Part shown: piece after piece, positions 6,825-16,967 of the stretch | Layout: each line of letters starts with the position of its first letter | Numbering within the stretch: the first letter of the stretch is position 1 | Sequence record: MZ501081 | DNA length: 39,842 bases | Strand: one strand, 5' to 3' | DNA from: Escherichia phage JeanTinguely | The notes under the pieces: generated by a model | Told to the model about the DNA's origin: nothing | What the model saw: the letters and a program-made list of their open reading frames with translations, nothing else | Databases searched by the model: none | Position numbers and translations under genes: made by a program

Positions 6825-9476
6825 ATGAACACGATTAACATCGCTAAGAACGACTTCTCTGACATCGAACTGGCTGCTATCCCGTTCAACACTCTGGCTG
6901 ACCATTACGGTGAGCGTTTAGCTCGCGAACAGTTGGCCCTTGAGCATGAGTCTTACGAAATGGGTGAAGCACGCTTCCGCAAGATGTTTGAGCGTCAGCT
7001 TAAAGCTGGTGAGGTTGCGGATAACGCTGCCGCTAAGCCTCTCATCACTACTCTGCTCCCCAAGATGATTGCACGCATCAACGATTGGTTTGAGGAAGTG
7101 AAAGCTAAGCGCGGTAAGCGCCCGACAGCCTTCCAGTTCCTGCAAGAAATCAAGCCGGAAGCGATAGCGTACATCACCATTAAGACAACTCTGGCTTGCC
7201 TAACGAGCGTAGACAATACAACCGTTCAGGCTGTAGCAAGTGCAATCGGTCGAGCTATTGAGGACGAGGCGCGCTTTGGTCGAATCCGTGACCTTGAAGC
7301 TAAGCACTTTAAGAAAAACGTTGAGGAACAACTTAACAAGCGCGTAGGGCACGTCTACAAGAAAGCATTCATGCAGGTTGTTGAAGCGGACATGCTCTCT
7401 AAGGGTCTACTAGGTGGCGAGGCGTGGTCTTCGTGGCATAAGGAAGACTCTATTCACGTTGGGGTGCGCTGCATTGAGATGCTCATTGAGTCCACCGGAA
7501 TGGTTAGCTTACATCGTCAAAATGCTGGCGTAGTAGGGCAAGACTCTGAGACTATCGAACTTGCACCGGAATACGCTGAGGCTATCGCAACCCGTGCAGG
7601 TGCGCTGGCTGGTATCTCCCCGATGTTCCAACCTTGCGTGGTTCCTCCTAAGCCTTGGACTGGTATTACTGGTGGTGGATATTGGGCTAACGGTCGCCGT
7701 CCTCTGGCACTGGTACGTACTCATAGCAAGAAAGCACTGATGCGCTACGAAGACGTTTACATGCCTGAGGTGTACAAGGCGATTAACATTGCACAAAACA
7801 CCGCATGGAAAATCAACAAGAAAGTTCTAGCGGTCGCTAACGTAATCACCAAGTGGAAGCATTGCCCTGTAGAGGACATCCCAGCGATTGAGCGCGAAGA
7901 ACTTCCGATGAAACCGGAAGACATCGACACGAATCCTGAGGCTCTCGCCGCATGGAAACGTGCTGCTGCTGCTGTGTACCGCAAGGACAAGGCTCGTAAG
8001 TCTCGCCGTATCAGCTTAGAGTTCATGCTGGAGCAAGCCAATAAGTTCGCTAACCATAAGGCCATCTGGTTCCCTTACAACATGGACTGGCGCGGTCGTG
8101 TTTACGCTGTGTCAATGTTCAACCCGCAAGGTAACGATATGACCAAGGGTCTGCTGACGCTGGCGAAAGGTAAGCCAATCGGTAAGGAAGGTTACTACTG
8201 GTTGAAAATCCACGGTGCAAACTGTGCGGGTGTCGATAAGGTTCCGTTCCCTGAGCGCATCAAGTTCATTGAGGACAACCATGAGAACATCATGGCTTGC
8301 GCTAAGTCTCCGCTGGAGAACACTTGGTGGGCTGAGCAAGATTCTCCGTTCTGCTTCCTCGCGTTCTGCTTTGAGTATGCTGGGGTACAGCACCACGGCT
8401 TAAGCTACAACTGCTCTCTTCCGCTGGCGTTCGATGGGTCTTGCTCTGGCATTCAGCACTTCTCCGCTATGCTCCGAGATGAGGTAGGTGGTCGCGCTGT
8501 TAACCTTCTGCCTAGCGAAACCGTTCAGGACATCTACGGGATTGTCGCTAAGAAAGTCAATTTGATTCTGCAAGAAGACGTAATCAATGGAACCGACAAC
8601 GAAGTAGTTACCGTGACCGATGAGAACACTGGTGAAATCTCTGAGAAAGTCAAGCTGGGCACTAAGGCGCTGGCTGGTCAATGGCTGGCTTACGGTGTAA
8701 CACGTAGCGTGACTAAACGTTCAGTCATGACGCTGGCTTACGGGTCCAAAGAGTTCGGCTTCCGTCAACAAGTGCTGGAAGATACCATTCAGCCAGCTAT
8801 TGATTCCGGTAAAGGTCTGATGTTCACTCAACCGAATCAGGCTGCTGGATACATGGCGAAACTGATTTGGGAAGCTGTGAGCGTTACGGTGGTAGCCGCT
8901 GTGGAGGCAATGAACTGGCTCAAGTCTGCCGCTAAGCTGCTGGCTGCTGAGGTCAAAGATAAGAAGACTGGAGAGATTCTTCGCAAACGTTGCGCTGTAC
9001 ATTGGGTAACTCCTGATGGGTTCCCTGTGTGGCAGGAATACAAGAAGCCAATTCAGACTCGCTTGAACCTGATTTTCCTCGGCCAGTTCCGCTTACAGCC
9101 AACCATTAACACTAACAAGGATAGCGAGATTGATGCACACAAGCAGGAGTCCGGCATTGCTCCTAACTTTGTACACAGCCAAGACGGTAGCCATCTGCGT
9201 AAGACTGTAGTGTGGGCGCATGAGAAGTACGGAATCGAGTCTTTTGCATTGATTCACGACTCCTTCGGGACCATTCCGGCTGACGCTGCTAACCTGTTCA
9301 AAGCTGTTCGCGAAACTATGGTGGACACCTATGAGTCTTGTGATGTACTGGCTGACTTCTATGACCAGTTCGCTGACCAGTTGCATGAGTCTCAACTGGA
9401 CAAAATGCCAGCACTTCCGGCTAAAGGTAACTTGAACCTCCAAGACATCCTTAAGTCAGACTTCGCGTTTGCGTAA
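6825..9476 (+). CDS. 1: Single-subunit DNA-directed RNA polymerase (T7 RNAP), 883 aa
   Basis: 883-aa product essentially identical to T7 RNA polymerase along its whole length (MNTINIAKNDFSDIELAAIPFNTLADHYGERLAREQ...). Confidence 0.98.
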   Translation: MNTINIAKNDFSDIELAAIPFNTLADHYGERLAREQLALEHESYEMGEARFRKMFERQLKAGEVADNAAAKPLITTLLPKMIARINDWFEEVKAKRGKRPTAFQFLQEIKPEAIAYITIKTTLACLTSVDNTTVQAVASAIGRAIEDEARFGRIRDLEAKHFKKNVEEQLNKRVGHVYKKAFMQVVEADMLSKGLLGGEAWSSWHKEDSIHVGVRCIEMLIESTGMVSLHRQNAGVVGQDSETIELAPEYAEAIATRAGALAGISPMFQPCVVPPKPWTGITGGGYWANGRRPLALVRTHSKKALMRYEDVYMPEVYKAINIAQNTAWKINKKVLAVANVITKWKHCPVEDIPAIEREELPMKPEDIDTNPEALAAWKRAAAAVYRKDKARKSRRISLEFMLEQANKFANHKAIWFPYNMDWRGRVYAVSMFNPQGNDMTKGLLTLAKGKPIGKEGYYWLKIHGANCAGVDKVPFPERIKFIEDNHENIMACAKSPLENTWWAEQDSPFCFLAFCFEYAGVQHHGLSYNCSLPLAFDGSCSGIQHFSAMLRDEVGGRAVNLLPSETVQDIYGIVAKKVNLILQEDVINGTDNEVVTVTDENTGEISEKVKLGTKALAGQWLAYGVTRSVTKRSVMTLAYGSKEFGFRQQVLEDTIQPAIDSGKGLMFTQPNQAAGYMAKLIWEAVSVTVVAAVEAMNWLKSAAKLLAAEVKDKKTGEILRKRCAVHWVTPDGFPVWQEYKKPIQTRLNLIFLGQFRLQPTINTNKDSEIDAHKQESGIAPNFVHSQDGSHLRKTVVWAHEKYGIESFALIHDSFGTIPADAANLFKAVRETMVDTYESCDVLADFYDQFADQLHESQLDKMPALPAKGNLNLQDILKSDFAFA

Positions 9477-9482
9477 CGTCAA

Positions 9483-9505
9483 TTAATACGACTCACTATA
9501 GAGGG
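9483..9505 (+). promoter_or_regulatory. T7 RNAP promoter phi1.1A
   Basis: taatacgactcactatagaggga. Confidence 0.8.
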
Positions 9506-9507
9506 AC

Positions 9508-9546
9508 AAACTCAAGGTCATTCGCAAGAGTGGCCTTTATGATTGA
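9508..9546 (+). promoter_or_regulatory. RNase III processing site R1.1
   Basis: actcaaggtcattcgcaagagtggcctttatgatt. Confidence 0.55.
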
Positions 9547-9557
9547 CCTTCTTCCGG

Positions 9558-9580
9558 TTAATACGACTCACTATAGGGAA
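9558..9580 (+). promoter_or_regulatory. T7 RNAP promoter phi1.1B
   Basis: taatacgactcactatagggaac. Confidence 0.8.
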
Positions 9581-9656
9581 CCTTAAGGTTTAACTTTAAG
9601 ACCCTTAAGTGTTAATTAAAGATTTAAATTAAAGAATTACTAAGAGGACTTTAAGT
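9581..9656. other. Probable primary origin of DNA replication (AT-rich segment downstream of phi1.1A/B)
   Basis: AT-rich ttaaggtttaactttaagaccc...aattaaagatttaaattaaag immediately after paired promoters, as at the T7 primary origin. Confidence 0.45.
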
Positions 9657-9788
9657 ATGCGTAACTTCGAAAAGAGGACCAAACGTTCTAACCGTAACGC
9701 TCATGACAGCTTCGAGACAACCAAGGGCCGCAAGTTTAATAAACCATTACGCACCCGTGCTCATAAACGCTGCTGGGAGAGTCAATAA
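9657..9788 (+). CDS. 1.1: gp1.1 homolog, 43 aa basic protein
   Basis: MRNFEKRTKRSNRNAHD... similar to T7 gp1.1; below ORF-track cutoff. Confidence 0.7.
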   Translation: MRNFEKRTKRSNRNAHDSFETTKGRKFNKPLRTRAHKRCWESQ

Positions 9789-9789
9789 G

Positions 9790-10062
9790 ATGGGACGTTT
9801 ATATAGTGGCAATCTGGCAGCATACAAAGATGCTATCAAGCGCCTAAGAGAAGACCATGCCGTCGATGTGGTCACTGAGACTTATCGACGTGAAGACTAC
9901 GCACAGCGCCGATGGGTAGCTGGCGAGACTCTTCGAGTGGTCTTGCGGAATGGCGTAGAGCTAACATCCAAGAGGTTCGAACAGTCAGACGAAGACGTTC
10001 GCTGTAATGCACAGACGGCATGGCTCCGTAAGGTTCACAGTGATTTGAAGCACTGGAAGTAA
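9790..10062 (+). CDS. 1.2: gp1.2 homolog (dGTPase inhibitor in T7), 90 aa
   Basis: ATG 2 nt after the 1.1 stop; N-terminus MGRLYSGNLAA and C-terminus ...LKHWK resemble T7 gp1.2. Confidence 0.7.
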   Translation: MGRLYSGNLAAYKDAIKRLREDHAVDVVTETYRREDYAQRRWVAGETLRVVLRNGVELTSKRFEQSDEDVRCNAQTAWLRKVHSDLKHWK

Positions 10063-10082
10063 TACGACTCAGTATAGGGACA
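10060..10082 (+). promoter_or_regulatory. T7 RNAP promoter phi1.3
   Basis: taatacgactcagtatagggaca; overlaps the gene 1.2 stop codon. Confidence 0.8.
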
Positions 10083-10083
10083 A

Positions 10084-10115
10084 TGCTTAAGGTCGCTCAT
10101 TGAGTGGCCTTAGTC
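10084..10115 (+). promoter_or_regulatory. RNase III processing site R1.3
   Basis: gcttaaggtcgctcattgagtggccttagtc. Confidence 0.45.
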
Positions 10116-10142
10116 ATTTAACCAAACATGGAGATAAACATT

Positions 10143-11159
10143 ATGATGAACATTAAGACTAGCCCGTTTAAAGCAGTGTCTTTCGTAGAGTCTGCCATTA
10201 AGAAAGCTCTGGATAACGCTGGGTATCTTATTGCTGACATTAAGTACGATGGTGTGCGTGGTAACATCTGCGTAGACAATACTGCTAACTGCTGCTGGCT
10301 CTCTCGTGTGTCTAAAACGATTCCGGCACTGGAGCACTTAAACGGATTCGATGTTCGCTGGAAGCGTCTGCTGAACGATGACCGTTGCTTCTACAAAGAT
10401 GGCTTTATGCTCGATGGGGAACTCATAGTCAAGGGCGTGGACTTTAACACAGGGTCTGGCCTACTGCGCACCAAGTGGCTCAACAAGAATAACTTTGAGT
10501 TCGACGTTGGCGGTGTACCTCCGCTCAAGGGGTCCAAGGTTGAGTTCGCGTTGGACACCAAACGTCTGAGTGTCAAACTGTACGCTATCCTCCCTCTGCA
10601 CATCGTGGAGTCTGGTGAAGACTATGATGTCATGACGTTGCTCATGCAGGAACACGTTAAGAACATGCTGCCTCTGCTACAGGAATACTTCCCTGAAATC
10701 GAATGGCAAGCGGCTGAATCTTACGAGGTCTACGATATGGTAGAACTACAGCAACTGTATGAGAAGAAGCGTGAAGAAGGCCATGAGGGTCTCATTGTGA
10801 AAGACCCGATGTGCATCTACAAGCGAGGCAAGAAGTCCGGCTGGTGGAAACTTAAGCCTCTTGAGGAAGCTGACGGCATCATTCAAGGTGTAAACTGGGG
10901 AACAGAAGGACTTGCTAACGAAGGTAAGGTAATTGGATTCAAGGTGCTTCTTGAGACTGGTCGTCTTGTCGATGCCAATAACATCTCTCGCGCCTTAATG
11001 GATGAATTTACAGATAACGTTAAAGAACATGGCGAGGACTACTATAATGGGTGGGCTTGCCAGATTGGATTTATGGAGGAAACACCTGATGGCTCACTAC
11101 GTCACCCGTCCTTCACCTGCTTCCGAGGAACTGAGGACAATCCGAAAGAGAAAGTATAA
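10143..11159 (+). CDS. 1.3: ATP-dependent DNA ligase (gp1.3), 338 aa
   Basis: MMNIKTSPFKAVSFVESAIKKALDNAGYLIADIKYDGVRGN... contains the ligase adenylation motif KYDG; start set at the MMNIKT ATG as in T7 (the ORF track starts 15 nt earlier). Confidence 0.93.
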   Translation: MMNIKTSPFKAVSFVESAIKKALDNAGYLIADIKYDGVRGNICVDNTANCCWLSRVSKTIPALEHLNGFDVRWKRLLNDDRCFYKDGFMLDGELIVKGVDFNTGSGLLRTKWLNKNNFEFDVGGVPPLKGSKVEFALDTKRLSVKLYAILPLHIVESGEDYDVMTLLMQEHVKNMLPLLQEYFPEIEWQAAESYEVYDMVELQQLYEKKREEGHEGLIVKDPMCIYKRGKKSGWWKLKPLEEADGIIQGVNWGTEGLANEGKVIGFKVLLETGRLVDANNISRALMDEFTDNVKEHGEDYYNGWACQIGFMEETPDGSLRHPSFTCFRGTEDNPKEKV

Positions 11160-11559
11160 GTATAACCCTGCGGCTCCTTCTGGAGTCGTTTCCGCCTCTG
11201 GTAAACCAATAGGTTACAAGCGGAAAGATGGGTATTGGCTACTTTCTTATGGAGGAAAGCATGTACTTGCACACAGGGTTGTCTGGATGCTTAACTTCGG
11301 TGTCATACCTGAGGGAATGGTGATAGACCACATTAACAGAAACCCTAGCGATAACCGAATAGAGAATCTTCGAGTAGTAACTCAATCAGCTAACCTAATG
11401 AACGTAGGCGTCCGGTCTCACTGTAGGAGTGGAGAGAAGTTTATCTCCCTTGATGTGAGAACCGGACGTTTTTCCGTTCGTATCAGGAGAAAATCCTATG
11501 GCACATATGGTACTCTCGAAGAGGCTATAGCTGTGCGCGATGCTAATACGACTCACTAA
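11089..11559 (+). CDS. HNH endonuclease with C-terminal AP2-like DNA-binding domain, about 156 aa (start inferred)
   Basis: HNH core HRVVWMLNFGVIPEGMVIDHINRNPSDNRIENLRVVTQSAN plus AP2-like RTGRFSVRIRRKSYGTYGTLEEAIAVRD; RBS ggagga 8 nt before ATG 11089; overlaps the last 71 nt of the ligase gene in another frame. Confidence 0.7.
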   Translation: MAHYVTRPSPASEELRTIRKRKYKYNPAAPSGVVSASGKPIGYKRKDGYWLLSYGGKHVLAHRVVWMLNFGVIPEGMVIDHINRNPSDNRIENLRVVTQSANLMNVGVRSHCRSGEKFISLDVRTGRFSVRIRRKSYGTYGTLEEAIAVRDANTTH

Positions 11560-11566
11560 AGGAGGT
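11544..11566 (+). promoter_or_regulatory. T7 RNAP promoter phi1.5
   Basis: taatacgactcactaaaggaggt; overlaps the last codons and stop of the HNH ORF. Confidence 0.8.
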
Positions 11567-11573
11567 ACACACC

Positions 11574-11663
11574 ATGATGTACTTAATGCCATTACTCATT
11601 GTCATCTTAGGATGCCTTGCGCTTCACTATACTGACGATGATATGCCAGATGGTCACGCTTGA
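11574..11663 (+). CDS. 1.5: gp1.5 homolog, 29 aa
   Basis: MMYLMPLLIVILGCLALHYTDDDMPDGHA, near-identical to T7 gp1.5 as recalled. Confidence 0.6.
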   Translation: MMYLMPLLIVILGCLALHYTDDDMPDGHA

Positions 11664-11686
11664 CGACACCACTAAGGAGATACCTT

Positions 11687-11803
11687 ATGATGTACTTAAT
11701 GCCACTACTGATGCTATTCTTGGTGTCATTACTCATTCTCATCCCTGTATATGCTGTACTGCGTGATGATGACGATGATGACACACAAGATGACCACGCT
11801 TAA
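11687..11803 (+). CDS. Second gp1.5-like paralog, 38 aa
   Basis: MMYLMPLLMLFLVSLLILIPVYAVLRDDDDDDTQDDHA; the first 8 codons match gene 1.5 at the DNA level; preceded by actaaggagatacc, a degenerate copy of the phi1.5 promoter/RBS. Confidence 0.5.
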   Translation: MMYLMPLLMLFLVSLLILIPVYAVLRDDDDDDTQDDHA

Positions 11804-11823
11804 TACGACTCACTAAAGGAGGT
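11801..11823 (+). promoter_or_regulatory. T7 RNAP promoter phi1.6
   Basis: taatacgactcactaaaggaggt, identical to phi1.5. Confidence 0.8.
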
Positions 11824-11828
11824 ACTAT

Positions 11829-12089
11829 ATGTTTCGACTTCATTTCAACAAAAGCATTAAGAGTTTCACGGTTCGCCGTGCTGACCGTTCAATCGTATGT
11901 GCGAGCGAGCGCAGAGCTAAGTTGCCTCTTATTGGCAACACAGTTCCTTTGGCACCGCGCGTCCACATCATTATCACCCGTGGTGACTTTGAGAAAGCAA
12001 TAGACAAGAAACGTCCGGTTCTTAGTGTGGCAGTGACCCGCTTCCCGTTCGTCCGTCTGTTATTCAAACGAATCAAGGAGGTGTTCTGA
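11829..12089 (+). CDS. 1.6: gp1.6 homolog, 86 aa
   Basis: [31 protein letters not shown]... matches T7 gp1.6. Confidence 0.8.
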   Translation: MFRLHFNKSIKSFTVRRADRSIVCASERRAKLPLIGNTVPLAPRVHIIITRGDFEKAIDKKRPVLSVAVTRFPFVRLLFKRIKEVF

Positions 12090-12628
12090 TGGGATGCATA
12101 GCTTGCTTAGAGAAAGACGACCGTTATCCACACACCTGTAATAAAGGAGCTAACAATATGACCGAACGTGAACAAGATATTATCATCAAGTTGATAGATA
12201 ATAATGATGGTCGTACTGGCGACACGTCTGGTTGCGACCTGTTCTGCGCTGGAGTACCTTGTGGTGAGTGCCCTGTAACAAACGATGAGAACATTACCTT
12301 AGGTGAAATCCGAGCGATGGACCCACGTAAACCCCATCTGAATAAACTTGAGGTAACTCCTACAGATGACCAGCCTTCCGCTGAATCAATCGAAGGTGTC
12401 ACTAAGCCTTCCCATTACATGCTGTTCGACGACATTGAGGCTATCGAGGTGATTGCCCGTTCAATGACTTGTGAGCAGTTCAAAGGTTACTGCTTAGGGA
12501 ACATCCTTAAGTACCGCCTACGTGCTGGTAAGAAGTCAGAACTGGCTTACTTAGAGAAAGACATGGCTAAAGCTGACTTCTATGGTGAATTGTACGAGAA
12601 ACATAAGGATAAGTGCTATGACGCGTGA
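12089..12628 (+). CDS. 1.7: Nucleoside monophosphate kinase (gp1.7), 179 aa
   Basis: [22 protein letters not shown]... matches T7 gp1.7 but starts at the internal GCIACLEKDD position; ATG overlaps the 1.6 stop (tgATGg). Confidence 0.8.
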   Translation: MGCIACLEKDDRYPHTCNKGANNMTEREQDIIIKLIDNNDGRTGDTSGCDLFCAGVPCGECPVTNDENITLGEIRAMDPRKPHLNKLEVTPTDDQPSAESIEGVTKPSHYMLFDDIEAIEVIARSMTCEQFKGYCLGNILKYRLRAGKKSELAYLEKDMAKADFYGELYEKHKDKCYDA

Positions 12629-12845
12629 AGAACTTCAAGCCGCATCGGTGAAGCGTAGAGCGCACAGGTTCTATCTGGCATACAAGGCTCTGCGCATGGG
12701 TATGCTGATGTTCTCGTTAGGACACAGTGAATATTGTGATAGTGACCTCCTACCGTTTGCTTATAAGAAGACACCTAGTCTGATTATCAAGGTAGAGGAG
12801 TATGAATATTCTGACGACTGTGTTATGGTGAACCGCTATGCTTAA
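12618..12845 (+). CDS. 1.8: gp1.8-position ORF, 75 aa (start uncertain)
   Basis: First ATG in frame at 12618, overlapping the end of 1.7; assigned by position only. Confidence 0.45.
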   Translation: MTREELQAASVKRRAHRFYLAYKALRMGMLMFSLGHSEYCDSDLLPFAYKKTPSLIIKVEEYEYSDDCVMVNRYA

Positions 12846-12886
12846 GCCTTCCGAATGGTGCCACAAGATGTGGACTGAATGTATAG

Positions 12887-13150
<264 letters not shown>

Positions 13151-13153
<3 letters not shown>

Positions 13154-13173
13154 TACGACTCACTATTAGGGGA
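13151..13173 (+). promoter_or_regulatory. T7 RNAP promoter phi2.5
   Basis: taatacgactcactattagggga; overlaps the gene 2 stop. Confidence 0.8.
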
Positions 13174-13219
13174 AGACTCCCTTTGAGAAACCAAATGAAA
13201 CCTAAAGGAGATTAACATT

Positions 13220-13918
13220 ATGGCTAAGAAGATTTTCACCTCTGCGCTGGGTACTGCTGAACCTTACGCTTACATCGCTAAGCCGGACTACGGCAACGAA
13301 GAGCGTGGCTTCGGGAACCCTCGCGGTGTCTACAAAGTTGACCTGACTATTCCCAACAAAGACCCGCGCTGCCAACGCATGGTCGATGAAATCGTGAAGT
13401 GTCACGAAGAGGCTTATGCTGCTGCCGTTGAGGAATACGAAGCGAATCCACCTGCGGTAGCCCGTGGTAAGAAACCACTGAAACCGTATGAAGGCGAAAT
13501 GCCGTTCTTCGATAACGGTGACGGCACGACTACCTTTAAGTTCAAATGCTACGCGTCTTTCCAAGACAAGAAGACCAAAGAGACCAAGCACATCAATCTG
13601 GTTGTGGTTGACTCCAAGGGTAAGAAGATGGAAGACGTTCCGATTATCGGTGGTGGCTCTAAGCTGAAAGTCAAATACTCTCTGGTTCCGTACAAGTGGA
13701 ACACCGCTGTAGGTGCAAGCGTTAAGCTGCAACTGGAATCCGTAATGCTGGTCGAACTGGCTACCTTTGGTGGCGGTGAAGATGATTGGGCTGACGAAGT
13801 TGAAGAGAACGGCTATGTTGCCTCTGGTTCTGCCAAAGCGAGCAAACCACGCGACGAAGAAAGCTGGGACGAAGACGACGAAGAGTCCGATGAAGTAGAC
13901 GAAGACGGAGATTTCTAA
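13220..13918 (+). CDS. 2.5: Single-stranded DNA-binding protein (gp2.5), 232 aa
   Basis: MAKKIFTSALGTAEPYAYIAKPDYG... with acidic C-terminal tail ...DEESDEVDEDGDF; matches T7 gp2.5. Confidence 0.95.
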   Translation: MAKKIFTSALGTAEPYAYIAKPDYGNEERGFGNPRGVYKVDLTIPNKDPRCQRMVDEIVKCHEEAYAAAVEEYEANPPAVARGKKPLKPYEGEMPFFDNGDGTTTFKFKCYASFQDKKTKETKHINLVVVDSKGKKMEDVPIIGGGSKLKVKYSLVPYKWNTAVGASVKLQLESVMLVELATFGGGEDDWADEVEENGYVASGSAKASKPRDEESWDEDDEESDEVDEDGDF

Positions 13919-14374
13919 GTGGCTGGCGCATACGCTGCGCGTGGTATCCGAAAGGTCGGGACATTCCGTTCCGGCCTAGAAGATAAGGTCTCTAAGCAGC
14001 TAGAGGGTAAGGGCATTCAGTTCGACTATGAACTATGGAAAATCCCTTACGTTGTCCCTGCGAGCAACCATGTGTATACTCCAGACTTCCTACTGCCTAA
14101 CGGAATCTTTATTGAAACCAAGGGTTTATGGGAGAGTGACGACCGAAAGAAACACTTATTGGTTCGCGAACAGTTCCCCGAACTGGACATCAGACTGGTG
14201 TTCTCAAGCTCACGCACTAAGCTGTATAAAGGGTCTCCGACCAGTTATGGCGAGTTCTGCGAAAAGCACGGTATTCTGTTTGCTGACAAATTAATTCCTG
14301 TAGAATGGCTCAAAGAACCCAAAAAGGAGGTGCCATTTGACAAGCTGAAACAATCGAAGGGAGGAAAGAAATAA
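13919..14374 (+). CDS. 3: Endonuclease I (Holliday-junction resolvase, gp3), 151 aa
   Basis: GTG start directly after the 2.5 stop; MAGAYAARGIRKVGTFRSGLEDKVSKQLEGKGIQFDYE... matches T7 gp3. Confidence 0.9.
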   Translation: MAGAYAARGIRKVGTFRSGLEDKVSKQLEGKGIQFDYELWKIPYVVPASNHVYTPDFLLPNGIFIETKGLWESDDRKKHLLVREQFPELDIRLVFSSSRTKLYKGSPTSYGEFCEKHGILFADKLIPVEWLKEPKKEVPFDKLKQSKGGKK

Positions 14375-14829
14375 TGGCTCGTGTACAGTTTAAACAACGT
14401 GAATCTACTGACGCAATCTTTGTTCACTGCTCGGCTACCAAGCCAAGTCAGAATGTAGGTGTCCGTGAGATTCGTCAGTGGCATAAAGAGCAAGGTTGGC
14501 TTGATGTCGGGTATCACTTTATCATCAAGCGCGATGGTACTGTAGAGGAAGGCCGAGATGAGATGGCTGTAGGCTCTCACGCTAAGGACTACAATCACAA
14601 CTCTATTGGTGTCTGCCTTGTAGGTGGTATCGACGATAAAGGTAAGTTTGACGCTAACTTTACGCCAGCCCAAATGCAATCCCTCCGCTCACTGCTTGTC
14701 ACACTGCTGGCTAAGTACGAAGGCGCTGTGCTTCGCGCGCATCACGATGTGGCACCTAAGGCTTGCCCTTCGTTCGACCTTAAGCGTTGGTGGGAGAAGA
14801 ATGAACTTGTAACTTCTGACCGAGGGTAA
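14374..14829 (+). CDS. 3.5: Lysozyme / N-acetylmuramoyl-L-alanine amidase and RNAP inhibitor (gp3.5), 151 aa
   Basis: MARVQFKQRESTDAIFVHCSATKPSQNVGVREIRQWHKEQGWLDVGYHFII... near-identical to T7 lysozyme. Confidence 0.95.
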   Translation: MARVQFKQRESTDAIFVHCSATKPSQNVGVREIRQWHKEQGWLDVGYHFIIKRDGTVEEGRDEMAVGSHAKDYNHNSIGVCLVGGIDDKGKFDANFTPAQMQSLRSLLVTLLAKYEGAVLRAHHDVAPKACPSFDLKRWWEKNELVTSDRG

Positions 14830-14832
14830 AAC

Positions 14833-14919
14833 ATGATTATTCACGAAATGGGTTTATACGATTTGATTTATCATCTTGCTTTCTTACTGGCAATGGTGTA
14901 CGTACTGACCCGTAATTAA
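14833..14919 (+). CDS. Candidate 28-codon hydrophobic ORF at the position occupied by gene 3.8 in T7
   Basis: ATG 14833 with weak RBS gagg; MIIHEMGLYDLIYHLAFLLAMVYVLTRN; no homology support. Confidence 0.25.
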   Translation: MIIHEMGLYDLIYHLAFLLAMVYVLTRN

Positions 14920-14939
14920 TTGAACTCACTAAAGGGAGA
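14917..14939 (+). promoter_or_regulatory. T7 RNAP promoter phi3.8-type, directly upstream of gene 4
   Basis: taattgaactcactaaagggaga followed by ccacaacggtttccc. Confidence 0.75.
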
Positions 14940-14971
14940 CCACAACGGTTTCCCTTTGTTCGCAATGTTGA

Positions 14972-16687
<1,716 letters not shown>

Positions 16688-16705
16688 CAGGATTCTTGAC
16701 GATTT

Positions 16706-16728
16706 TAATACAACTCACTAAAGGAGAC
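16706..16728 (+). promoter_or_regulatory. T7 RNAP promoter phi4.3
   Basis: taatacaactcactaaaggagac. Confidence 0.75.
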
Positions 16729-16735
16729 ACACATC

Positions 16736-16948
16736 ATGTTCAAATTGATTAAGAAGTTAGGCCAACTGCTGGTTCGCATGTACAACGTGGAAGCCAAGCG
16801 TCTGAACGATGAGGCTCGTAAAGAGGCCACACAGTCACGCGCTCTGGCTATTCGAGCCAACGAACTGGCTGACAGCGCATCCACTAAAGTTACCGAAGCT
16901 GCCCATGTAGCAAACCAAGCTCAGCAACTTTCCAAATTCTTTGAGTAA
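16736..16948 (+). CDS. 4.3: gp4.3 homolog, 70 aa
   Basis: MFKLIKKLGQLLVRMYNVEAKRLNDEARKEA...; position and length as T7 gp4.3. Confidence 0.7.
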   Translation: MFKLIKKLGQLLVRMYNVEAKRLNDEARKEATQSRALAIRANELADSASTKVTEAAHVANQAQQLSKFFE

Positions 16949-16967
16949 TCAAACAGGAGAAACCATT

